Source: Acanthaster planci (taxonomy: Eukaryota). Taken from it: a stretch of 64,000 bases of DNA. The stretch lies in the NCBI RefSeq assembly GCF_001949145.1, contig NW_019091357.1, positions 4,302,228 through 4,366,227 on the forward strand. The letters are read 5' to 3'. Below are positions 40,971 through 51,947 of this stretch, one piece after another; the stretch's first letter is position 1, and every line of letters starts with the position of its first letter. A program made the translations under genes and the position numbers. The notes beneath the pieces were generated by a model. That model did not search any database and was not told the origin of the DNA. It saw nothing but the letters and a program-made list of their open reading frames with translations.

Positions 40971-43789
40971 CCAACCAGCTTACATAGGTTATTCATCGGC
41001 GCCATGTTACTTCAAACAGATAACAAATCCTATAATACAGGCTTGCTTGCCAATGTCAACCAAATCGTTTGTGGCATCAATAGTTGAAATGGCAAGCCAC
41101 GCCACTATTCGAGTCGACTTTGTATTCCGCACAATGGTAAAAGAACTTTTGAGACCGTACAAACGCATTACAAATGTATATTGTGCTTCAAGCTGGTATG
41201 GTTCGTTTTTGGTTCCGAGTTAATCTCAGGGAAAAGGGCATTTAGAATGGGTAGCTGTGTGGAAAATCATATTCTACTGCCAGATCATCTTTTTAACTAA
41301 TATCAGTCTGCAAGCAACATTTTAGAGTACGCGTTTTAAAGTACACTTGGGTACATCCAGAGCAGTGTGCTCCTATAAGGTAGAAAAATAATGTTAGCGG
41401 TCAAAGTGTTCCGAATTTTAAAACAATGTTCGAACCATATATTGGCCCAACAGAGTTTGCCAAAAGCACGTTCCATCTCAACATATCTCAAATTATAACA
41501 TTTAAAATATACGTGCCGGTTTACTCACCACAGCGACCAGAGACGAAATTTGTCTTTTTCAAGCGTTTTCCGCCGACTCAATCTGTAACTCCTCTAGTAG
41601 ATAAAGCGGTTCACGATACGAGCAGCTTGCACGTCAGCATTCGCTCACTATATGCATTATCATGTACATAACATTCATGTTAGTGTGCTGTGCCCGCCGC
41701 ATATGGCCGGGTAATGGAGGACGAAAAGTGGCCACTGCTTTTCTGCTATCAGAGTACTAGAAAAGCAGATTTTATGTTCTGGTAACATGCAATTTCAACT
41801 TTTCTACTTTTCTGCCACTTCAAAAAGCAGAAAGAACATTGTTTGGTTATGCATTTTTCTGCTTTTCTACTTAACAAAAGGCAGATTGAGCGAGATCGCG
41901 CGCCTGACTGAAATTTAACCACAATGCTCTACGCGTCGTTAGCTGTGACCCCGATAATGACGTATTTCCTTAAATAAAATCTGTGCAAAGCCAGCGACGA
42001 GCGAAGGTAATGCGGACTACTGTACTGTACACCATACACAAAAGCTGCCCTTTAAGCCTGGGTTTATAGGTCACCATGATACACTGGTAGGCCCTATGAT
42101 GAAAAACACGCTTAAAAACATATAAAACGTCTTTTCAAAAATCGGGGCAGCCAGGAAAATCGGGTCGGTCGGTGATGTTAACCTAAAAACTAATTCCAAA
42201 TGGCCTGATATAAATCGTAAGCTCCGGGCGCCCTTCCACATTAATAGTATGCATGTTTCTTAGTCCGTTCGTTATGCGCATCCTTTAGTTGCCGCGTTTC
42301 GCTCCTGAACCTAAAGCATCTTAAGCATACGGTCCAGATGAAAGGTATTTGGATTCGTACATTCGTACAAATATCTCGTACGTAAGACAAATATCTTGTA
42401 AGAATTTAGATCTCATACCATTTGTATCTTATGCATGAGCTTGCGAGATATATTACGTCGTACGCGCGCCACATTATGCCGTACATACGAGATGTCGCAT
42501 GTACAACGTTTATAGCACGATATCACTGCAATTTATGAAATACACTTTTTAGGCTGGAATCACATGATGACTATCACGGAATGACTTGTGATTATGCAAA
42601 TATAATATCAAGCAAGCCACATCAGCAGTTGGTGTATTGACGCCAACTTCTCACGCCACCTGCACAAAAAAGTGTGCCCAAAAGCGTGACTAACGACCGT
42701 GACTGTGCCAGAGATAACCTTTTCTACTGCGTGTATTGTGAGGTTGTAAAGACACCCGGTGCAGATTTTTAATGGGCAAATTGATTGAAAGAATCATGTA
42801 AAATTGTTTTTATGATTAGAATACATGTAGCGCAACTTTACCTGCATGGTAATGTTGACTTTTAATCTCCTATGTAGCAGGAAAGGGAGAAATTTCAAGA
42901 TACGGATTTTACGTGATGTATTTCAATTGAAAGGTGGAACTAGACTGGATCCCGTCCGGTACGTAGTCTCCAGACGTCTTACCGACATCCTCTGAACCTA
43001 GGGACTGGTAGCGGGTAATGAAACCGCAGCTTGTTTACCGGTCCCTATAGGCCTATAATTGGGACGGGGACCAGTCCAAGGCAGAACAAGAGTATCTCCA
43101 TAGCTTTGTGTATCAGGTACCAAACACGTTTCCACTTTCTCCTCTTGCAGCAGGTTCCGCATTATACTTGAATTTCCGAAAAACCAAAGAAAGGAAATAA
43201 ATATTGATTGTTTGCAACTACTGTGTGTGGTCCATCCTTATACTGTTAGCCAGGGAGGCAATTTGTCCTTGGACTGGAATTTTAGAAAGTGCGAAAATAG
43301 ATTGAAATCACAGGGATGCAGCTCGTGGCAGCAAGGCCAAATCCCAGGAAGAAAAGGACACGTACGATCTTTTGTGAGTGTGGGCCACGTAAGCTTTAGC
43401 CATCACTTCGGCCATCACAACATTATCATGTACATTGTACACATATGCTAATGAGGCTTACGACGCGCGAAATCTGTCGACCCAATGCTCGTTTGAAAAG
43501 GGTCGACAGATTTTGCGCGTTGCTATTGGCCAACACGTAGCAAACTTTTGGAGGCGCACTATTGTGAATCGCTCGTATTGGCATTCTCAGTTCGGCTATG
43601 TTGAAGTGAAAGCAAGGTTGACATTTTCATATGGGGAATCCAAGGCACTTTTCAATTTCAAAATCAATTTGCTGAGCCAAACTTGATTTCAAACGCCGTG
43701 CTTATGCCTTGCTGAATAGAAAAAAATCATGAAATAAATCAACTAGGGAAACTGACTAGGTGCTTATGAATGATTATAAAGGTGAACAA

Positions 43790-43870
43790 AGAAATTGACT
43801 GGAGTGAAAATGGAACCTGCGGCCTCTGGAATACCGTACCAGTGCTCTACTAGCTGAACTACTCAACCCT
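43790..43870 (-). mobile_element. tRNA-derived SINE-like remnant lying inside a short inverted-repeat element (arms about 43688-43708 and 44044-44064)
   Basis: Minus strand GGGTTGAGTAGTTCAGCTAGTAGAGCAC...GCAGGTTCCATTTTCAC shows an A box and a degenerate B box but no intact cloverleaf. Arms CAAACGCCGTGCTTATGCC and GGCATAAGCACGACGTTTG. Confidence 0.5.
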
Positions 43871-44191
43871 GTGTTGGTGTCTCTTCCCATTTGTCAATAT
43901 CTCTGTTGGGGGGGGGGGGCGCTAGCCAGAAGCCATTAACCTGAAACACCATGTAGCCAGGGATCACACCCCAATTACACAATACAACCTTGGTGAACAG
44001 GGATCACATTTACCAAAAAATCAAGTTGAATTGTATTGGACACGGCATAAGCACGACGTTTGAAACGGGCCTAAAAATGAAAAGCAAAGAAAGAAAGCTG
44101 ATTACAAATTGAACTTGATTTCAGTGACTGAATTTTGATTCATCGGAATGAAGCCATGTGGATTTATATGATGTCCGCATCCGCTTATTAT

Positions 44192-45385
44192 GTACTAAGG
44201 GGATGCGAACATCCTGAATGAAGGATAACAGGCTATTATCATCCACGTACATTATCAAAGATAATGATATCCCGAGGGTTGGATTGTAGCACATATGTTG
44301 GCCTATAACCTTTTGCGAGTTGAATTTGAATAAAATCTGGTACACTGAGATCTTTGAATTTACGTGAATATAACAATTTGAATTCTCCTTACTAAAAACA
44401 CAGTTGTTATTACCTCGTGATTCGGGGCAAGCTTTCGCATAATATAAGAGACGCCTTGCACTGATGCACAATTTTCAATGGATAACAGGGGCACTAAGGA
44501 AATTCCATTTCAGAGATGGTGGTCGCTGTGCATCAATTGAAGAGTGCCCCGAACACCACAGAGCTATGATTACGTATAGCTCTATGGCCCCGAATCACGA
44601 AATAGTAACAGTTTATCCGGGGGGTTTCATTATGCTTTTACGTAGGCCTATATGTACAAGTCAGATAATACAGTGTACCAGATTTTATATGATTTAACTC
44701 ACGATGCTGTTCAAGCAGTTGGAAATCGTTGGTAATACGGTGACCTGATTATTCTTGAGATTATAAACAAGCACAGTCAAGTGTTAAATCACAATATCAA
44801 TTTACGTGCCGACTGGCGTTCCAAACACGATATAAAACTTAATCCTGCTAAATGTAAAGCTTTGCATATCTCATTCTTGCGTAATCCACCTCCTCCTGTG
44901 CATCTTAAACAGAAGTTAATGATGTTAATGATTGGGCTTGTTTCGTAGACAATTCGGGAGCAGTGGACGGTGTCTTTCAGAAACTAACTTTCTTTTTGCA
45001 AATTGAATAGTAAGGTCAACACGTCTGTCTGAGAGTAATTTGATATTGTAGCAATAAAGCTCATCTTTATATAGTAAAACATTTGGGTAGGAAATTATGT
45101 GAATTATCTGGACTCTTTCGATACTTTCAACCTGATTGTAAGTCAGACCTGAGGACTGTACACCACATTCAAATAGAGCACGAATGTATGTCTTATAAAT
45201 GCATTAGTGTTGATATTATTTTCTAAGTTTACTTGAATATCAAGTCTACGTGAGGCATTGACATCCTGGATGGTTATTCCAAGTAACTTGATGCCACGGT
45301 CCAATCCTCGGGATATCGTCATCTTTGATAATGTACGTGGAAGAAGATATTATCCTTCATTCAGGATGTCTGCATCCCCTTATTA
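44192..45385. mobile_element. Foldback-like non-autonomous element with about 90-bp inverted arms
   Basis: 44192-44283 (TAAGGGGATGCGAACATCCTGAATGAAGGATAA...CCACGTACATTATCAAAGAT...ATATCCCGAGG) is an imperfect reverse complement of 45300-45385. No clear TSD. Confidence 0.7.
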
Positions 45386-45552
45386 TATCATTCAGATACA
45401 GGAAGTCAACAATATAACTAATTTCCTGTTTCTTAGCCTGAGCCGAAATAATACGTCAGGATCGTAATCATTCAGGTGGCATTTCAAGAGACCCGCAATA
45501 CAGTTGTGACGCCGATTATAGATCGGTGGTTTTTGCACAAGGTCCATGATAT

Positions 45553-46806
45553 TATGGAATTCCATATCTGCCGTCGTGCGTCGCCCGTCGTGCGTCGTCC
45601 GTCGTGTGACGCCCGTCGTGCGTCGCCCGTCGTGCGTCGCCCGTCGTGCGTCGCCCGTCGTGCGTCGCCCGTCGTGCGTCGTCCGTCGTGCGTCGCCCGT
45701 GGTTTTTTTTGTCACGATTGCGCAGTGGTATTTTTAACTATGACCCTTGATCGTTTCNNNNNNNNNNNNNNNNNNNNNNNNNNNNNNNNNNNNNNNNNNN
45801 NNNNNNNNNNNNNNNNNNNNNNNNNNNNNNNNNNNNNNNNNNNNNNNNNNNNNNNNNNNNNNNNNNNNNNNNNNNNNNNNNNNNNNNNNNNNNNNNNNNN
45901 NNNNNNNNNNNNNNNNNNNNNNNNNNNNNNNNNNNNNNNNNNNNNNNNNNNNNNNNNNNNNNNNNNNNNNNNNNNNNNNNNNNNNNNNNNNNNNNNNNNN
46001 NNNNNNNNNNNNNNNNNNNNNNNNNNNNNNNNNNNNNNNNNNNNNNNNNNNNNNNNNNNNNNNNNNNNNNNNNNNNNNNNNNNNNNNNNNNNNNNNNNNN
46101 NNNNNNNNNNNNNNNNNNNNNNNNNNNNNNNNNNNNNNNNNNNNNNNNNNNNNNNNNNNNNNNNNNNNNNNNNNNNNNNNNNNNNNNNNNNNNNNNNNNN
46201 NNNNNNNNNNNNNNNNNNNNNNNNNNNNNNNNNNNNNNNNNNNNNNNNNNNNNNNNNNNNNNNNNNNNNNNNGTATTTCTGGATTTCAAGGTGAAATTGA
46301 GAGGACAAGATGGAAAATCTGTATCGGTTGGCAGATTTCTTCCTGGAATTTAATGAAACAAGCCGGCACATTTTTACAGTATGCAAATTAAAATAACACC
46401 GTGGATAAGTTAGCCGGAACATTTTTGCTGAAAATGTTTTTTCCCCAAAAGACACTTGGTTGCATTCTCAGAGAGGCGATATTTTCTTGTCAAGGGGCAG
46501 GGGTAGTCTAGCATTATTGGAATTAATTATGTGACTAGTATATGCTTTGCAGGAGGGATTTGTACATGCCTTATTCGGAAAAGATCTTTAGAAGTAAATG
46601 GAGTCATCACATTGTCATTTGTTAAACAACGGCTTTTGCGGGTCCTATGCAACCCATTTGATGGGCGACGCACGACGGACGACGCACGACGACGGGCGAC
46701 GGACGACGGAAAATGGCATGTTTGGAACTGGTAAATGGCAGAATTGGGACATAACAAAAAGCAAAATGCGACGGACGACGGGCGACGGCAGATATGGAAT
46801 TCCATA
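45553..46806. mobile_element. Non-autonomous TIR element with TATGG...CCATA termini, CGTCG arrays and 6-bp TSD TGATAT; contains an N gap
   Basis: Perfect 24-bp TIR TATGGAATTCCATATCTGCCGTCG at both ends. Heptamer-like (CGTCGTG/CGTCGCC) array at 45572-45700 and its inverse at about 46665-46790. TGATAT at 45547-45552 and 46807-46812. Confidence 0.85.
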
Positions 46807-46907
46807 TGATATCCATTACTGACCATTGATAAAGGTGACCGGGTCCGCGTCATGGACGTATATAAAAAAATGGACTCGCAATGCCCTTAATCAGCTCATA
46901 GAGATCA

Positions 46908-47052
46908 TTGAATCCACCAGCGGCCATTTTACCGAGCCGAATACAAAGCTTGCCCGGCAATGCCCGCCTTTGTTCTGCCTGGCGTCATTGGAAGCGAGCC
47001 AACCCGCGCATTTGTACTCGGCTTAGTAAAATGGCCGCTGGTTGGCTTCTAT
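46908..47052. repeat. Short hairpin-type inverted repeat (MITE-like)
   Basis: CCACCAGCGGCCATTTTACCGAGCCGAATACAAA versus the reverse complement of the right arm, CCAACCAGCGGCCATTTTACTAAGCCGAGTACAAA. Confidence 0.7.
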
Positions 47053-48646
47053 TTCAAACAAAGGCGCTGCGAGCCCAGGTTTTGTTTTTGTTTTTTTTAT
47101 ATATTTACGTCCGTGGTCCGCGTGCGGACTGAAAACCAAACACACAAAAGGTCAATGGGCAGTATAGGTCATCGTTGCCCTGATGACTGGATTCGTAAGT
47201 ACCGGTACTGATGCAGGAACAAGGATTTCATCACTGGTGGAGTATCGCAAATCAAATTAGGCTCCACATTGTGCTGCGAACAGCAAGTAGCAGAACTCAC
47301 GTCAGTGACCGTATGGTCACCAGGACCCTAATTTCGCCATTATGCTATGCCGTGAAATCCAACAAACTACACAATTTAATCAGGGCAACCATATAAAATC
47401 ATGCTCGTTCTTAGGGTACGCAGGGCCAGGGTTGCATCATTTTTCCCACGGCTCTATAATGCTGAAGCAAATGAGCTGTGGTATGTATGTAGGTCGTTTA
47501 CGTTTCAATTTTTGGAGCGTGGGGCGCCTGGGGAACACAGACCTTCACTGGAGGGCACGTACCCAGGCCCCCTTATACGTTGGATAGCCACTGATAGTGT
47601 TATGGTTACTCACTGTTTTAGGTAACACGGCAATCCCGCTAAGTCATATACATGTCCATGTAGTCTTGTACATAGAAGTTCACCGTCGGTTACTAAAGCC
47701 AAGCTGTACAGCTTATGTAGTACACCGTGCTACATATACAGCACGTATGTTTCCTTTAACTTAGTTTGCTTTATTGTTTAGGGTCGTACACAGGAATACC
47801 CGTGAGCTTTTGTGACGGAAACAAGACGCCAAAAGGATTGTTTTGTAAGTCAATGATCTTTTGAAATCAAATATGGTGAACCATAATATGACTGCCGAGC
47901 CAACTTGAGCGTAGCAATTGCACTACAGTAATCTTCAGCGCTAGCGCCGAACTTAATACGTATGTTCACCCAGCAGAGCCTGTGTGTCAATTTACATAAT
48001 ACGTGGGATTGTATGGGGTGGGGCGGCGCATGATAGGGGTAGCCATAATTCGGTCCTGCCTCCTGCGACTACGGCTTCGAATTTTGATCAAAAGAGCCAG
48101 CAGCGGAGAGCCGTAGCCAGTGTTAAATACCTGTACATGCTGTAGTCTCACAAGTGCAAGGTTTTCTGGCTTCTATTCATTTTGTTTCTTCAGAAAATCC
48201 CACGAAATCGGTTTTTCTATAAAACAGCATGAAAGGAGACCGGCTTCGATTACGCCATCTCGTGCTCACGGGAGAAATCACTATTGTCAAGTCTCTTTAT
48301 GGGTACTACAAATCAAGCTTAAATTAGAAACTAATAGCAAAAACGATTTGATTGGATTATCTGAAGACAAAATAAACAAAGACAGAAAATTTGAGAGAAA
48401 ATGATCAAAATCACACCCCTTTATATGTTTCAATGGCCCGCTCACACTTTTGCCGCCAAGGCCATTTGTGTGCATGCGTGCATAATTATGAATTTATTAG
48501 TGAAAAGGTCTATTCCTCTTACCCCCCCCCCAAAAAAAAACTACGACTGGTATGTCACGTACCGGGGGCATTATCTTTTTTTTCACACAGATCCTCTGTT
48601 TGCAGGACTGCAAAGTTGTAATTGGTCGAGGTTTTTATCGTTTGTG

Positions 48647-50572
48647 ATGGCTTCCCAGACGACCGTCCAGTACGACAGCGACAAATGGGGCTGGATCATG
48701 GTGGCGGTGGCGTTTCTTAGTACCTTCGCGGGTAACATCAAGGGGCTGGGTGTCCTTCTCATTCCCATAACGAACGACCTGGACACCGATCTGTGGCTGG
48801 TAGGCTGGACCGTTGTCCTGTACGGCATGATGCAAAACTGTTTGGGTGAGCATTTGAAGGTTGACTCGTGGGATTTATGCTTCCAGAGACGTCGTAGGAT
48901 GTTCATCTTTTTTTTTTATTCTACCTCTCAACAGGTCCTTTTGTGGGAGCCCTGTGTCGCCTCGTGGGAAGCCGTCCCATGATGGTTCTGGGCGGAGTTC
49001 TCCAGACGCTTGGCCTTCTATTGACGTCGGTATCCCCCAGCGTTTTCCCAATTACTATTTTCATTATTGGACTTTCAGGTAAATTGTTAAATCTATCTCA
49101 ATTAAATTAAGACGATGCCCAGTGTGCGAGTAATGAATCAAAGTTGCTGAAAAGAGCTATATGAAGAGTCCTGTGGAAATACCAAAGTCCCTTCCAAGTC
49201 ATCCTCAGCGTGAAGAAAGTAATTCCATTAGATTTGATGTTATGTGTAAGGCCTCTGAAACACAGATACAAAGTCGATACAGACAGTGTGCCAATCACAA
49301 CAAAATGACTTGAACAGCAGTGACAGAGCTAAGATTTAAAAAAATTGCTTACTTTCATGACGTTTAATTGGCTCTCATATTCCGATTTCTGTTTTTTGAA
49401 GGTCTAGGTTCTGCCCTCATTTTGTTCATCGGTATGGCTGTGACAGCTTCATACTTCAAAGAGAAATACCCATTGGCTGTTGGCTTATCTATGATGGGTC
49501 TTCCCATTGGTATGATGGCATACGGGCCAATAACCCAGGTACTTTTGGAGACATATGGATGGAGAGGAGCCACGCTGTTGCTAGGAGGTGTCTCGTTCCA
49601 TCTTTTGGCTGGTAGTTTGTTGGTGAGACGAGACCTATCCTCCCTTTCAACCAAAACTGATCGGTACCAAGCAGTTTCGGTAAACGAGGAAAGAGAAAAT
49701 GATCAGCAAGAGGGAGAAGGGAGTGGCCCTAGTAACGAAATGCCCACCGTTGATGGTGCAAGTCGATCGGATGATTACCTTCATCAAGGCAAGGCGATGA
49801 TGCTTTACGCAAGCTGTATGACTGCTATGGACTTCGCCGTGCTCGCTGATGCAAGGTTCGTTTTATTGGTGGCCGGGAGGTGCACAGCTGCGTTCGCCTT
49901 CAGTGGCTTCGTGGTGTTCTTGGTGTCGCACGGTCAACTTCAGGGGCTGAGCGAGACTGAGGCGTCGTTCTTGCCGACATCTTTCGGCATTGGCAACGTC
50001 ATTGGCAAGGCTGTGGCTCCCTTCCTGCAGCAGCTTGACGTGAAACCGTCTATGACATTCTGGGAGTGCTTAGGGGCATCGCTTGTTGGCGCCTCGTTCC
50101 TCATCGATGCCTTCATCCGACCCTTCGTTGGCCAGTTGGCCGTTTGTGCTGTGATAGGACTGAGTTTCGCATTTGTATATCAGGCTATTGACGTAAAGGT
50201 ACGGTTTTTGACAACGGATGAACGTCTTGTTAGTGTCCTTGGCTGGCAAGGGGTGTTGCCGGGATGTTTGGTGGATTGATACCAGGTTTGTATGTTTAAG
50301 TTGATGCTGTAGTGTCTTACATATCATTTTCCGTGTGTACCTCCTGCATAGATGCCATGGGCTTTAATTAGCACATTCTTGGTTTTTGTTTTTTGGTTTT
50401 TTGTTTTTAACTATAGAGTTAAAATAAATGTTGTTACTCGATTTTCCTAGGATGGGTTTACGAGTTGACGGGGAGTTTCAGCATAGCCCTGTGTGTGTAC
50501 GGCGGGGTGACGTTGCTGTCAATTCCTTTGTACCTCGTCGAGTCCATGTGCGCCAAGGCGCCAACGCACTGA
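48647..50572 (+). CDS. SLC16/MCT-like MFS transporter, copy B; a frameshift at the end of exon 3 gives a premature stop at 50277-50279
   Basis: Exons 48647-48845, 48935-49078, 49402-50285, 50451-50572 match the architecture of copy A (144-nt exon 2, 122-nt exon 4). Motifs DSDKWGWIMV, YFKEKYPLAVG, YGWRGATLLLGG. After WQG the conserved GVAGMFGGLIPG continues in another frame. Confidence 0.88.
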
Positions 50573-50680
50573 AAAGAAACTCTGCCGCTCGAGCAGGAAC
50601 TGTTCGACTGAAGCTTTTCCATCGTTACTTTAACCGAAGAAACGATACCAGCTTATTGAATAGGGACTTTCTTCAAAAAT

Positions 50681-51170
50681 TACGAAAGCCCTGTAGTGCC
50701 ATCAAGCATGCATTTTCAAAAAGTAAAGTATATTTTTTCAAAGTCCGTTTTTAGGAGGTATAGTTTTTCTAACTTCGTTTTTACGCGCTCGGGACAAACA
50801 TTCTGAAGACAAACATTCTCCAGATATATTTTTATCAAGTTTGTTTTTATGCCATATATTTTTTCCAAGCTGATTTTCATTACATTTTCAGGTTTTGATT
50901 TATTTCTCACAAAAACAAATTTAACCGAAATATAACTCATAAAAAGGAACTATAAATAATCTTCGAAAACAACTTCTTCAAATTTGGGGACATTTCTATT
51001 TATAGATCTTACGGGAACGAACCGGACAATAGATATCTCGAACAGACAAACTTGAGTAAAAGATATCTCGTAGAAACGAAGTTGAAAAATGTACTTCATA
51101 AGAATGAACTTTGAAAAGCATACCTCACTTTTTGAAAATATACACTTGATGGCACTCCTGGGCTTTCATA
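50681..51170. mobile_element. MITE with long imperfect TIRs (TACGAAAGCCC...GGGCTTTCATA) and 6-bp TSD AAAAAT, just 3' of SLC16 copy B
   Basis: Left TACGAAAGCCCTGTAGTGCCATCAAGCATGCATTTTCAAAAAGT versus reverse complement of right TATGAAAGCCCAGGAGTGCCATCAAGTGTATATTTTCAAAAAGT; similarity runs on for more than 80 bp. AAAAAT at 50675-50680 and 51171-51176. Confidence 0.85.
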
Positions 51171-51907
51171 AAAAATACAAAAGAGCCTGTGATAAAAACG
51201 AACTTAGTTTCTAAAAAGATGGAGTTATATTTCTCCTGAAACAGTGTGTTTCTTTTCAGAAATGTTAATGATTTCTTTTATTTTTAAATCGTAATGCTAT
51301 TGCTTGCTTTTGGATAATTTCCATGGTATTTTACAATGAGTTATTCAGGTAACAAGCAGTTTTTAGCAACAAACGTTTCTTTTGTATATAAGCAAAAAAT
51401 AGAGCAACTCCATTTCCTTTAAATGTGAGGTGTATAGCCAAGCAAGAATAGTTTAATTACATAACGTTGAGGGTGTCTAAGCCTGTGCTGCATTATCGTT
51501 CATCAGAAGCTTTTGTAAGACTACGCATGTATAAGTACTGGACTTATATAGTTTGTCATCCCTTGAAATATCGTGGCATGCCGCACGTACAGATCTCATT
51601 TTGTTTTGACTTGTGAACCCTCTCAGGTAGTTGTCGTAGAGTCTTTATTTATGTATTGCATTGTTACTTAATCACCAACACTGAGCCTAGAGATCAGTCG
51701 TGCACTTGGGAATCTCTGATTTTAAAAGGCGTTTATGAGACAATAACAGTGACTATATTGATCTTCCATCATCACCTTTATGAGCATCAGATGTGATTTC
51801 AAGCTATTCATGGTGACAGACAACTAAGGTGGAAAGCTTGCGGTGGCACCATGCAAGGATACGATCTCTTTGTGACTCTGCATGGTTCTGAATAGAACCG
51901 TGAGGAA

Positions 51908-51947
51908 CTCAACGTTTCGGACAGTATGCTCTGTCCGTCGTCAGGAG
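51908..51947 (-). ncRNA. Minimal hammerhead ribozyme in the 3' pseudo-LTR of Penelope-like element 2
   Basis: Minus strand CTC CTGACGA C GGACAG-AGCATA-CTGTCC GAAA CG TT GAG, with palindromic AACGTT in place of helix III. Confidence 0.8.

Noticed and set aside
43790..43870. Functional tRNA gene
   Set aside because: Degenerate B box and no acceptor-stem pairing; treated as a SINE remnant. The isolated GGTTCAAATCC near 37070 was rejected likewise.
45392..45737. Arg-rich ORFs (RRTTHDG/RRPSCV repeats), also at 40704-41005
   Set aside because: Translations of the CGTCG subterminal arrays of MITEs.
38472..46455. Long ORFs in the track containing X runs (38472-39438, 45476-46455 and similar)
   Set aside because: They are artefacts of reading through N gaps. 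Only the RT segment at 39348-40008 is real coding-derived sequence.
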